Shown in pieces: positions 38,538 through 48,448 of a stretch of DNA of 64,000 bases (position 1 is the first letter of the stretch; each line of letters opens with the position of its first letter). The stretch lies in the sequence record MH221129.1. One strand, 5' to 3'. Made by a program: the position numbers and the translations under genes. The notes under the pieces are model-generated. The model searched no databases and was not told the origin of the DNA. It saw only the letters and a program-made list of their open reading frames with translations.

Positions 38538-38921
38538 TTAACTTGCGTCGTGTGGGACGGTCACCCACTCGTGCCATTTCTCCGAGTACAAACGGTAGGC
38601 CATTTTCGGGTTCTGGTCGACGCTGCCTGCCGGGTTATCGTTCCACAACGTGTACGAATACAGCTCGTACGACGAAGTACCACGTATACTCGAAGTGCGG
38701 GTCACGTAATACGTGACGCCGCGTTGCAGGATGTGAAGGCCACCGTAATGTTCGGTGACCATGTAGTAGTGAAACGCCTGGTTAATCGTGGCGTCGGTGC
38801 ACAGCGCTTTAGCGACGTCTTCTACGCCGGGATATGCCTTTAGAATGTTTTCGAGAAAACTTGCTAAGGTCAGCCCGACATAGGGCGGCGTTGGCGCGGC
38901 TGGAAGCGGCGGAGTGAGCAT
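38538..38921 (-). CDS. Hypothetical (likely virion) protein
   Basis: 127 aa, SD TAAGGA with TATG upstream; the start lies inside the helicase 3' end. Confidence 0.6.
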   Translation of the reverse strand: MLTPPLPAAPTPPYVGLTLASFLENILKAYPGVEDVAKALCTDATINQAFHYYMVTEHYGGLHILQRGVTYYVTRTSSIRGTSSYELYSYTLWNDNPAGSVDQNPKMAYRLYSEKWHEWVTVPHDAS

Positions 38922-40515
38922 GTGATTTCCTTACAACATAAGGGGAAGTGGCAATCCGGAAAGACAGCACGACATCCCGTAATGATTTCTGGCGTGCATT
39001 CAGGTAGTTGCAATGCTTCGGTACGTTATACGCATGGAACAGCCATACGGTCGGGTCTATTTCACCCCAATCGTTGTGCAGAATCTTACGTGGACGACCG
39101 GCCATCTGTTCGTTCAGTTGCTGGTCTTCGACAGGGGTGCTGATGTACATGTGTACCAGCCCCGGCTTATCGACAGCAGTCCCCGCTTTCCCTGGTGTGG
39201 AGATAGAGAAGTCTGCCAAGATAAAGTCGTCATACGAATCCCCTGCATTATACTTCGCCACCATTAACGGGTGGAATTTAGGGTCGCGTGACAGTTTATC
39301 TTTCACATACTCGGTAAAGAACTCGCACATCGCCACCGTAGCAAAGAGTATCAGGCATTTCTGACCAGCCTGATAGTTCTTCAGGAACGTTTTCTCGATG
39401 ATGTCCCAAATCATATCCCCGTACGTGATGTGAAGGTTCTCTTTAATGAGTTTCCCTTCGAAGAGTTTGTGGTTGTACGGCGTCATCTTCGACGCCCACC
39501 ATGCAAACTTCTTATCATCCAGTCGGTAATACAACGCTTTGACATCCACCACCGGAATAATCGGAATACTGATACGATAGTCCGGAGGGAAACGTTCTTG
39601 ATAGCGCTCAGCAATGAATGCCTTGCTGCTGCCTGGTTTCAACGTCGCAGACATTTCGATCGATGCCGGCGGGTTTAACATAATCCCTGCCATGTACACC
39701 AGATGGAAATGTTCGTGCACTTCATCCATTGCTACCAGACCCACACCCAAGACATCATAAAAGGTGTCCAGGTCGACCGGGTTGGTTGCAGCAGTATTAA
39801 TGTACTCTTTCAGGAAACGCTGGAGTGTAACTGTAGGTAGGATAATGACTTTTATTCCTCTACGGTCTAGCTCCCCAGACTGACCCATCTCCAGTGCCTC
39901 GTAGACAGCCTGTACGCCCGTACAAACCAATACTTCGTCACGGAGGATACGTAGTCCCGTTTCATCGTCGCACACGTCAAAAATCCATTTAGGCACGTAG
40001 GATGGGCGGTGGATTAATGCTGTGCGGGTTCCGCGGCGTACCATCGACTTCATACACGACTTGGTCTTACCACGGCCGGTCTGAATAGCAAAAATGGTCT
40101 GCGGGCGGTCGGGGTCAGAAGCAGCTTCTACCACTTCGTTCTGATAAAAGAAACGTGACTCCGGATTGGTTTCCACCATCGAAAAACCGTAATTGTCAAA
40201 CGTGCACTGATACGGCTTTTGACGTTCTGGGCGATGTTCCAGAATCCGGTATTGGAAACCGTACTCGATGCCGGCACGCTGGATTATCGCGCGAACGCGA
40301 TCGGCCCACATCTTGTGGAAAATGAACGTGCGTAATGACGGGATATGTGCGTAGTACGGATCACCACGTTCCGTCGTAATGCGGCCATGCTGCTTACCCA
40401 TCTTGGGAGCGTGCATATTCTCCTCGGCCCACGCGAGGATGGCTTTTTCAGCCTGGCGGATAGGGACTTCAATCCGTACCCCCATACTCGTGTAGGTCAT
40501 GTGAATGTCTATCAT
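38809..40515 (-). CDS. SF2 (UvsW-like) helicase (phiKZ gp75-like)
   Basis: Walker A QTGRGKT, DEVH, SAT, Q..GRPR. Confidence 0.9.
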   Translation of the reverse strand: MIDIHMTYTSMGVRIEVPIRQAEKAILAWAEENMHAPKMGKQHGRITTERGDPYYAHIPSLRTFIFHKMWADRVRAIIQRAGIEYGFQYRILEHRPERQKPYQCTFDNYGFSMVETNPESRFFYQNEVVEAASDPDRPQTIFAIQTGRGKTKSCMKSMVRRGTRTALIHRPSYVPKWIFDVCDDETGLRILRDEVLVCTGVQAVYEALEMGQSGELDRRGIKVIILPTVTLQRFLKEYINTAATNPVDLDTFYDVLGVGLVAMDEVHEHFHLVYMAGIMLNPPASIEMSATLKPGSSKAFIAERYQERFPPDYRISIPIIPVVDVKALYYRLDDKKFAWWASKMTPYNHKLFEGKLIKENLHITYGDMIWDIIEKTFLKNYQAGQKCLILFATVAMCEFFTEYVKDKLSRDPKFHPLMVAKYNAGDSYDDFILADFSISTPGKAGTAVDKPGLVHMYISTPVEDQQLNEQMAGRPRKILHNDWGEIDPTVWLFHAYNVPKHCNYLNARQKSLRDVVLSFRIATSPYVVRKSHAHSAASSRANAALCRADLSKFSRKHSKGISRRRRRR

Positions 40516-40529
40516 GCTGCCCCTCTTAC

Positions 40530-40556
40530 AAAAAAAGAGGGGCGCGTGGCCCCTCT
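40530..40556 (-). terminator. Intrinsic terminator after nvRNAP beta'-C, overlapping an anti-SD
   Basis: AGAGGGGC-CACGC-GCCCCTCT then TTTTTT. Confidence 0.8.
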
Positions 40557-40559
40557 GTT

Positions 40560-42665
40560 TTATACTGTTATCTTCACTGTTGCCATTAAGTCATCGTACA
40601 ACGAAGCAGGAATCTCACGCTCGGTATAGAAGCCGACGCGATCGATATTGTTCTGCTGGCCTTCGAACAACAACATCGGTAACGCTGAACGAACACTGAT
40701 GAGTGTATTGTGGTCAACAAACCGTTTCCCGGTGGCCTTGGTAGCTTCTTCACTGTCGAAGCCAACCGCTGGGAACGGATTGGTTGGTGACTCCACACGG
40801 GAGATAGCCAACATGATTGCAATGTGCGTCATCGGGATGCCGCTCAGCTTGCGTTGGATGTATTTGAACGTATCCATCAGTGCATAAGTACACTGTTTCT
40901 CCGTCGCACCACCCATTTCTACCAACGTTACTGGTTTAATACGCCCCTGTTTCTTATTCATCTTCACAGTGGATGCCGTGTTGATGATTTCCACAATGTC
41001 TTCGTTCTTGTCTGCGGCGATGGAACGGATTTTGGTTTCCAGTCCTGCCACAAAGTCAGCCATCGACTCAGAACGGTTCGTGTAGATAAGAATCGGGTGT
41101 TTCGGATTCCACGCCTTCAATGGAATGTGTACCAGTTTCTTCACGCTGCGAATCGCATCGCGTTGCTTCAGGAAGTAATGCAGGAACGGTTTGGAGAAGT
41201 TCCCGCATACGCCCATGCGCACGTCAATACAATCTTCAGCGAGCAGTGACCCATTTGCATCGTAACGCTGGAAGGCCAAGTCGGTAATTTCCGGTAAAGC
41301 CGTTTCATCGATAGCGTCGAGATCTTCATGATACGCAATCTGGCTGAGTTCCGAATACACTTTATCGGTAACAACGAGTTCGTATTCTGGCCAAGTACCA
41401 CGTTGTGGTTTCGGTAACAAGCACAACCCTTTGAGAGAATTGTGTTTGTACTCGGTCATATACTCACGCATTCCCGGTGTCAGGATAAGGTTCAGCAGAT
41501 AACGCAGGAAGTCAAGGTGCTTCGTGGACAAAATCCCTTGAGTACCTTTCTCGGAGATAGATGTGGATGCCAGGTGACCCGGTGACGTACCTTCGGAGAG
41601 GTTATAAATCAAGTCTCCCATACAGGTCGCACAGATGGACTGGTTCGCCATCTCATTACAGGTCATTGCACTACGGAAGACGATCGGTTTCCCAACCAAA
41701 TCCGCATACCCATCTTTCTCAAAACGCAGCCATGGGCCGTTGTTGCCTTCCAGGCGATAACGCATCCCCACCATCGCCTTATACGCACGCTCGTCGAGCT
41801 TGGTATCTTTAAAGGTGTAATGGTGGGCGTGCGTAGTACCGCAGTCCTCGTACGTGAAGTACATCAACACGTTAGCAGCTAACTGCAGCTTACGTGACGC
41901 GTACTCTGCTTCGGCAATCTTATCTGTGTTATACAGATGCGAACGCGAAGTAGCACCGGACTCTTTCAGGCGACTGATGACAGAATGCATCCCAGTAAAG
42001 AAGCCTTCCCACACCTGGTTGGTGTAGACGCGGGAGTCAATCTCTGAGGTTTTCCCACGTACGAAGGCTTGCAGCACCTGGTTCATCTTAATGGTTCCGT
42101 CCAGTACGGACATGACCACCGGATTATACTTCAGTGCTGGGTCTTTAAAGATGGCTTCGATCAGCTGATATGCATCTTCAACCTTATCACGTCCTTCTTC
42201 ATCATAACCGGTCGGATATTCTTTCTCCCACTGGCGAATGATTTCAAAGTTCGGATGGTCGTAGATTTCCATCATCGTGTCATAGTCGATTGTCGTGCAG
42301 TATGCCAGCAAGTTTTTCACTGTCATGTTGAACGCATCGGCGTAGACATGTTGACTCAGGATATAGCGCGTTTCTGCCAGGTCAACCCCGGCTTTACGGG
42401 CCAGCACCGCAGCTTCGGACATAAAGTCCAGATGGAGGTCGTCTGTGGCCACCTGATTCGGACGATAAGCCATCGTGGATGGCGTCGGTACCTGTGGATA
42501 CAGACGCGAGACCCCCCAATATGGCCAACTGAGCTTGATGTGTCGCGACGACATCTCAATAGATTTGCCATCGTCAAACGTGACGTAATAACGACCACGC
42601 AGTTTCCACACCTCATCAGATGTGAGCGTGCGCAAATCGCGCACGTGGACAGAACGACCCGCCAT
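40560..42665 (-). CDS. Non-virion RNAP beta' C-terminal subunit (phiKZ gp74-like)
   Basis: EYASRKLQ, DCGT, RSAMTC..ICATC, GHLASTSISEKGTQGILSTKH (trigger loop). Confidence 0.9.
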   Translation of the reverse strand: MAGRSVHVRDLRTLTSDEVWKLRGRYYVTFDDGKSIEMSSRHIKLSWPYWGVSRLYPQVPTPSTMAYRPNQVATDDLHLDFMSEAAVLARKAGVDLAETRYILSQHVYADAFNMTVKNLLAYCTTIDYDTMMEIYDHPNFEIIRQWEKEYPTGYDEEGRDKVEDAYQLIEAIFKDPALKYNPVVMSVLDGTIKMNQVLQAFVRGKTSEIDSRVYTNQVWEGFFTGMHSVISRLKESGATSRSHLYNTDKIAEAEYASRKLQLAANVLMYFTYEDCGTTHAHHYTFKDTKLDERAYKAMVGMRYRLEGNNGPWLRFEKDGYADLVGKPIVFRSAMTCNEMANQSICATCMGDLIYNLSEGTSPGHLASTSISEKGTQGILSTKHLDFLRYLLNLILTPGMREYMTEYKHNSLKGLCLLPKPQRGTWPEYELVVTDKVYSELSQIAYHEDLDAIDETALPEITDLAFQRYDANGSLLAEDCIDVRMGVCGNFSKPFLHYFLKQRDAIRSVKKLVHIPLKAWNPKHPILIYTNRSESMADFVAGLETKIRSIAADKNEDIVEIINTASTVKMNKKQGRIKPVTLVEMGGATEKQCTYALMDTFKYIQRKLSGIPMTHIAIMLAISRVESPTNPFPAVGFDSEEATKATGKRFVDHNTLISVRSALPMLLFEGQQNNIDRVGFYTEREIPASLYDDLMATVKITV

Positions 42666-44902
42666 TATTTCTTCTCCCTAATTGGACGTACTAACTGGAA
42701 CCCTTCACAAATGTGGATGTTACGAATCATCCTGTCGATTTGTGAATCCCCCAACGGCATCTTCTTGCGATCGATTAGCACACCCGGATTGGTAGGTGTT
42801 TTGGAATTGAACATTCCAGTGACGATTGCGCGATGCACGGCTGGGTTGTTGGCACGGTCATGCGTTTCCGGGAAGTTACCCGGACCGAAACCGTCCGTCA
42901 GTCGCTGCTCTGACGGCCCGCCCCATTTCAGGGATTTGAGGTTGATAGGATAAGAGCCACGCCCTTGGTTGGATGCATCAATGGAACCCAGGAAGTTCGT
43001 ATACATGGACGAGATACTGGAGAACTCACGGCCGGTTTTATCCAGACGCAACGTTTCCACACTCCCCACGTAGAACTGGTTCTTGGTCCACTCTTTCTCA
43101 CCCTGATAGTTTGTGATCAGCAGCTTGGATTTACGCGGTGCATATTCTCCTAAACGCTGGCAGATTTCCACCTGGGTGTCGTCCAGTTCGTGCGGCAGCC
43201 AGATACGGATAGTGAAGTCGTAGATCTCTTTGAAGAGTTCTCGCTTCGCTTCTACCGTGTTGTGGCTGGCGTTCAAATAGAACGTCCACTTCGGGTTGTA
43301 CCTGTCGATATAGTCCATCAGGATGGACCACGCTTCCTCTATCTGACCTGCAGCCAAAATCGGTTGCAGACGCATCTTCAACTGTTCCGATGCCGCAGAC
43401 CAATACATGTGGAACAGTGCAGCGTAAGTGGAGCGACGAATTACAGCGTTCATGGAGCGAATAACATGCACCCGTTCACCGAATTCGTTAATCGGCATTT
43501 CGTGGTCTGGGCGAACTGCACCCACAATACCCTTTGTACCAGAGCGGTCGGTAATTTTCGAAGACACGGTGACAGGGATTGGATAGCGTACCACGATGCG
43601 AATGGTATAACTGCCAATTGGGTCCCAGAGCCCACGTTGTACCGGTTGCGCCAGTTTGTTTAACACGTTCTTATCTGCAGAACGGTTGTACTCACCTTTG
43701 CGCATGGCTTCTTCGTATTCTCGACCAATCTCTTCACGAAACTCACTATAGACTTCGTAAGTTTCTGAGGAGAACGCTTTGTCCAGGATCTCAAACGCTT
43801 TCGGTGACCAGACAATGTTCTTGTCTTTGGACATTGCGAAATAGAAACGCACCACGTCATTGTAGAAACGTTTTAGTGCATTAGCGTAGTGATCTAACTC
43901 GCGTTTGTTCTCTTCGGTACATGCAATGTTGTTGGTACCGCGATCGCATTTGGTTTCATCACGCCACACCTGAATATCTACCACACGAGAACCCGTTAAG
44001 TCCAGCTTCTCAATGTCGTTTGCCAGGTTTGCTTTGTAATGTTCCGGGTCAGCGTCCACATATTCGCAGCGATCGAAATGCGGCGAAGCGTGTTGCGTTT
44101 CCCCCACATGTGAATCGATGGCTGCCCACAACTTATCGAAACGTCGTGCCGCCAGCACCAACCCATCATCACGAACGGCTTTACCCACTCCCGGCATGTA
44201 CTGCGGACGACGGGTGCCATCAAGTTGCGTTGTCCCGTAGATATCCAGCAAATACTCATCGTCACGCAGAGTGAAGTCGATGATGCGAATACCACTGGCG
44301 TGCATGGATGCCGCTGCAGTTTCAGAGAGAGTGTAAGAATCCTCAATGATGTCCGGATGCGACATCGTAACTGTTGGCAAGCTCACACCATCCACAAACT
44401 CGCCGTCCAGCTGAGCAGGCAATGTGGTAAGCATTTCATCTTTCTCTAACTGCTGCGTCTGTCCACGAAGCAACGCCTGCAATTTACCTGTCGGAGATTT
44501 ACGCGACGAGAAGATGTTGTCATGCGAGGTGTAATAGTTAATGTCAATTACATCAATCATGACTTTGCGCTGATTGGTTAGTTCCGTGCGCTTAAAGAAA
44601 ATCACATGCTGACGCGGATCGTGGTCACCCTCACGACCATACCGCGCAAATACTGCTGCCCGAGTAACACCTTCTTTCGTCGTATAACTACATACCGTAC
44701 CGCTATCCTCAACTATGTCGTTAAAACAATAGTCATGGTAGTTCACATCCGCACCAGTAAAATGTGCGGACGGTTGTGGCTCATCAAGCGGCACCGCCGA
44801 CTTCATATGTCCACCTACCATCGAGGCACGTGCCCCAGATACTCCAGTGATGTTCGTCTCACGGTCAGCAACACTTGACATGAGTTCGACTGGTGTTTTC
44901 AT
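42665..44902 (-). CDS. Non-virion RNAP beta C-terminal subunit (phiKZ gp71/73-like)
   Basis: RASMVGGHMKSAVP, KITDRSGTKG (K..R.G.KG), LRLDK. Uninterrupted. Confidence 0.9.
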   Translation of the reverse strand: MKTPVELMSSVADRETNITGVSGARASMVGGHMKSAVPLDEPQPSAHFTGADVNYHDYCFNDIVEDSGTVCSYTTKEGVTRAAVFARYGREGDHDPRQHVIFFKRTELTNQRKVMIDVIDINYYTSHDNIFSSRKSPTGKLQALLRGQTQQLEKDEMLTTLPAQLDGEFVDGVSLPTVTMSHPDIIEDSYTLSETAAASMHASGIRIIDFTLRDDEYLLDIYGTTQLDGTRRPQYMPGVGKAVRDDGLVLAARRFDKLWAAIDSHVGETQHASPHFDRCEYVDADPEHYKANLANDIEKLDLTGSRVVDIQVWRDETKCDRGTNNIACTEENKRELDHYANALKRFYNDVVRFYFAMSKDKNIVWSPKAFEILDKAFSSETYEVYSEFREEIGREYEEAMRKGEYNRSADKNVLNKLAQPVQRGLWDPIGSYTIRIVVRYPIPVTVSSKITDRSGTKGIVGAVRPDHEMPINEFGERVHVIRSMNAVIRRSTYAALFHMYWSAASEQLKMRLQPILAAGQIEEAWSILMDYIDRYNPKWTFYLNASHNTVEAKRELFKEIYDFTIRIWLPHELDDTQVEICQRLGEYAPRKSKLLITNYQGEKEWTKNQFYVGSVETLRLDKTGREFSSISSMYTNFLGSIDASNQGRGSYPINLKSLKWGGPSEQRLTDGFGPGNFPETHDRANNPAVHRAIVTGMFNSKTPTNPGVLIDRKKMPLGDSQIDRMIRNIHICEGFQLVRPIREKK

Positions 44903-44933
44903 TCGTAAATGCTCCTTTTGGTTACCTCGGTAA

Positions 44934-44947
44934 GATAATATCTATCT
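44934..44947 (-). promoter_or_regulatory. Early promoter variant upstream of nvRNAP beta-C
   Basis: Minus strand AGATAGATATTATC. Confidence 0.6.
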
Positions 44948-44968
44948 GTTTTATTTTAAGGAGAGATC

Positions 44969-45292
44969 ATGCTCGATAGCTTCACTACCCTCGCCGAAGT
45001 AATACCTTCGCCTGATTCGACCAAGTATAAGGTGTTGCACGACTATGCAGACTTTTTGCGCAAACACCCTGAAACAACAGAAGAGGTCGTTGACCCGCGT
45101 TATGCCTGGCCAGAGACCCACAGCTTCTACGCCTATTGTCGATTAAAAGAATACGACGATATGATCATTTTCCCGATGATGCTGATGAACGGAATCATGA
45201 CCCCGCTCGACTTCACGCCAGACATCCAAACATTACTGGTGCCAAGCGTTTCAGTTGTCAGCAATATCCTGTCAACGATTGTAGATGCTTGA
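44969..45292 (+). CDS. LysM/T4 gp53-P2 gpX-like small baseplate protein
   Basis: 107 aa; MMLMNGIMTPLDFTPDIQTLLVP resembles the gpX/gp53 pattern; SD AAGGAG. Confidence 0.55.
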   Translation: MLDSFTTLAEVIPSPDSTKYKVLHDYADFLRKHPETTEEVVDPRYAWPETHSFYAYCRLKEYDDMIIFPMMLMNGIMTPLDFTPDIQTLLVPSVSVVSNILSTIVDA

Positions 45293-45293
45293 G

Positions 45294-45323
45294 AAAAAAA
45301 GAAGGGACGCCCAGTCCCTTCTT
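45294..45323 (-). terminator. Intrinsic terminator (probably bidirectional)
   Basis: AAGAAGGGAC-N5-GTCCCTTCTT then TTTTT. Confidence 0.75.
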
Positions 45324-45329
45324 CCTTCC

Positions 45330-46697
45330 TTAGAGCCGTGCAGACCCGAATGGTAAGTTGGTGAAGTTATCACCACCGCCACCGAGAACATTGCTCGACC
45401 CGCCTAACCCACCGCTACCACCTAGCAGATTGTTGCTCCCGCCCAGCTGGTTATCAGTTCCCCCGAGGATGTTACTGGAACTTCCCAGCAAACCACCACC
45501 CAGTTCGTTTTGTTTCTTCTCTACCGCATTACCACGAATCGCTTCTGCCAGAGACAGCTCATTGATGCTGTTCTTCGGCATTTGGCCATTGTTTTCACGC
45601 AGTGTACGTTGGAGCGCAGGCGGCAATGCATCAAAGTTATTCGATGCAGTTTGCTGCTGTGCTTTCTTCGCACGGAAGAAGTTTACCGGATCGTCGAGAT
45701 CGACTTCCTGCTTCGGTGCACTTTCCGATGCCAAACGTTGCGTCAACGCATTGTTGCCCGTTGGGGTACGTCCGATACGGAAGTCAGAAGCGGTGGTATC
45801 CGTTGCAGAATCGTTGCGTGGACCCGTGTTGTACGGCAGCGTTTGAATCACGTTGTCATACACCGCCATGTTATCCAGCTGACCAATCCACTCTTCTTCC
45901 AGTGGACGCAGTGGGGTATAGTCGCGTAAACCGCGCACCACCAGGTTATAGTTGGTCACGTATTGTGCCCAACCGCGTGCCAGTGAGCCAAAGTACGGAC
46001 GTGGGTCGTTAGAACCCACCACGCTCGGATACCAACCGAATACCGCTGTCAGCAGGTTAAATAGAATTACCTTATCCTGCTTACGCTGGAGTTTCGCGCC
46101 GAAGAACGTTGCAGTACCGTCGAGAGATTCTTCTTCAAACATGTGCTTGTAATTAGCCACACGGATGAACTTCGTTCCATCGATGGCCATATCGCTGGAG
46201 ATGAAGATGCTGGTAATCTTCGTCTTTCTGTCTTCCTGCAACAGACCGTACACGTAGTTCTTCACTGCGTTCCAGCTCTGCACCAATTTCTTGTCCATGG
46301 TTGGATCTTTGATATCGGCACAGACCACGTCGCTAAGGAACTTCTTGTACGCCGCCAGACGGATAGTCTTCCCTTCCGCTGCTGTTTCCAGAATGGCATC
46401 GATTAACTCGAAGCTTTTCAGGAACAGGTTAGCGTTGATAGACTTCTTGAGGAAACGAATAGTACCCGATTCCCCTGCCAGCACCGATTCACACAACGGA
46501 TGGAAAGCATGACATTCGCTGCCATCCTCGTCTTCCATCCCGTTCTTAATCATGGTGGCAGTAGGAAGCGCCAGGCGGCGCTTCACTTTATTGTAGGTGA
46601 ACATGGCCGGGACGTTTCCGTCTTGTACCAGCAAGTCACCGTCGAACCCGTAGCCCAGCGAGGTCAGGAACGAGCGATAGAACTCATTAATCTTCAT
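45330..46697 (-). CDS. Nucleus-associated core protein (phiKZ gp70-like)
   Basis: 455 aa between PicA and nvRNAP beta-C; C-terminal LGG repeats. Confidence 0.65.
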   Translation of the reverse strand: MKINEFYRSFLTSLGYGFDGDLLVQDGNVPAMFTYNKVKRRLALPTATMIKNGMEDEDGSECHAFHPLCESVLAGESGTIRFLKKSINANLFLKSFELIDAILETAAEGKTIRLAAYKKFLSDVVCADIKDPTMDKKLVQSWNAVKNYVYGLLQEDRKTKITSIFISSDMAIDGTKFIRVANYKHMFEEESLDGTATFFGAKLQRKQDKVILFNLLTAVFGWYPSVVGSNDPRPYFGSLARGWAQYVTNYNLVVRGLRDYTPLRPLEEEWIGQLDNMAVYDNVIQTLPYNTGPRNDSATDTTASDFRIGRTPTGNNALTQRLASESAPKQEVDLDDPVNFFRAKKAQQQTASNNFDALPPALQRTLRENNGQMPKNSINELSLAEAIRGNAVEKKQNELGGGLLGSSSNILGGTDNQLGGSNNLLGGSGGLGGSSNVLGGGGDNFTNLPFGSARL

Positions 46698-46709
46698 GGT
46701 TAATAATCC

Positions 46710-48437
46710 TTAATCTAATAGACCTTTGCCGAGGCTACCGCCACCGAGACCGCCTAAACCACCCATCCCGTTATCAGACGGAGTGTCCAGACCGCCCAGT
46801 AAACCACTACCCAGTCCACCTGTGCTCGTTGGCACGTTAGACAGAATACGGTTACGGCCGTTTCTTTTCTCGTAGCTATTATAGCCTTCTTCAACGGCGG
46901 TCAGCAGCGTTGCGGTGTTCTGCGCCAGCTCACCCACGTACAGGAGATCGGTGGTGTTACCGGTATGCAGACGGAACTGCATGAACGAGGCGTAGGTGTA
47001 ATATTCTAATGGCTCGTCGTCGACACGGATTTCCACACGGATAACCGTACCCAGCAGGGCTTTAACCAGCATGTGACAACGAATATGGTTGTGCTTCGTT
47101 ACCTGAATCATTGCTTCGCTTAGATTCTGATAGAAGCGGCGACCTAACGCCTGCGGTAATTGACCATGAGTCAGACTACCGATGGACTCAGGCAGAATCT
47201 GCAGCGTAGGTTCGTTCATGATATCCACATTACGGTTATCGTAAACGAAGCTCACTTCACCCAGCAGGTTACGGGACATAATCGAACCCAGCATCATCGC
47301 CAGGTCGTACGACACCAGTGAACCTTGAGTAGAGAAGCCGTTCTTACCAATCCAGTGGTCAGTTTGTGAGGTCAGGCCCATACCCAGGCCACGGCGTGCT
47401 GCCATGGACAGAGAATCGGAGATGCACTCTGTCAGACGCAGTGGGTTGGAGATTGCGTCGCGCAGATCACGAAGACGGAAAGTAGCTTTGCTGGTTGTTT
47501 TCCAGCCACCGGAAACATCCGACATGTTATTCTGCAATGCCTGGCGCATCGACGAGATCAGTTCGTGGTTGCTGAAGTTACGAATAACGCCACGCTGTTT
47601 CAGTTCGGATTCGACCCCAATGGAGTTGTTGCCCGCAAAGAAACTTTCCACGCTACCCAGCTCAGTGTCAATACCGGAGCTGGCCAGATATGCATTACTG
47701 ATTGCCGATACATAGTTTTCCGGACGGGTTAACTGCGACACCATTAGTTGTGGGGAAGAGTTAGAGGTGGCGGACAGAATTGAATCTTTCGTCGGCACGT
47801 ACTTCTCACCGGTGTTCAATTCAATACGTTTTACCATGTCAGCCGCTTTCGCGATCGAAATGATGTCCACCGCACTTTCTACCTGACCTTCAACTGACAA
47901 TGCTTTCGACAGCACGTAGTTGTCCAGCAAGCGATACGAGTTAGGGTTCAGTGTACGTCCACCAAACGCATCATGCTCGTACGTTGCCTGCATCCCGTAA
48001 ATGTCGTTAATGTACAGCACCATATCGTCCGGTAACATCCCGCTCAAGCTCTGCTCTGCCTGACTGGTGTAACCGGAGATAATGTATTGCGTTTCCTGCG
48101 TACGGGTCGTATTACCAGCCAGTGGCTTAGCAATCAATACCGCAACAAAGTTAAAGATACCGGTGTCGCGGGATTCGTACGCAAACTGAACCGGGTTCGC
48201 GTCATCGTCCGATACGTTAATGAACGGACGTTCGAACCCATTCTGGCCACCGTCGAAACCGACGATGCCTGATAATGCTTGTTGATACTGCGGTGTAGAC
48301 ACCGCTTTTTCCCCGCCCAGTTCAACCGCTGCTGCCAGGTCATCCAGAGCACCAGTCGAAGCATTGAAACCAATACGACGACGAACTTGCTCAGGAACAT
48401 CATAGACCGGGTACATTTGTAGATTTACGAGTTGCAT
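46710..48437 (-). CDS. picA: Nuclear import factor PicA/Imp1 (phiKZ gp69-like)
   Basis: 575 aa directly downstream of the gp68-like subunit in the chimallivirus core block. Assignment rests on synteny and size. Confidence 0.7.
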   Translation of the reverse strand: MQLVNLQMYPVYDVPEQVRRRIGFNASTGALDDLAAAVELGGEKAVSTPQYQQALSGIVGFDGGQNGFERPFINVSDDDANPVQFAYESRDTGIFNFVAVLIAKPLAGNTTRTQETQYIISGYTSQAEQSLSGMLPDDMVLYINDIYGMQATYEHDAFGGRTLNPNSYRLLDNYVLSKALSVEGQVESAVDIISIAKAADMVKRIELNTGEKYVPTKDSILSATSNSSPQLMVSQLTRPENYVSAISNAYLASSGIDTELGSVESFFAGNNSIGVESELKQRGVIRNFSNHELISSMRQALQNNMSDVSGGWKTTSKATFRLRDLRDAISNPLRLTECISDSLSMAARRGLGMGLTSQTDHWIGKNGFSTQGSLVSYDLAMMLGSIMSRNLLGEVSFVYDNRNVDIMNEPTLQILPESIGSLTHGQLPQALGRRFYQNLSEAMIQVTKHNHIRCHMLVKALLGTVIRVEIRVDDEPLEYYTYASFMQFRLHTGNTTDLLYVGELAQNTATLLTAVEEGYNSYEKRNGRNRILSNVPTSTGGLGSGLLGGLDTPSDNGMGGLGGLGGGSLGKGLLD

Positions 48438-48448
48438 TTAAATACTCC

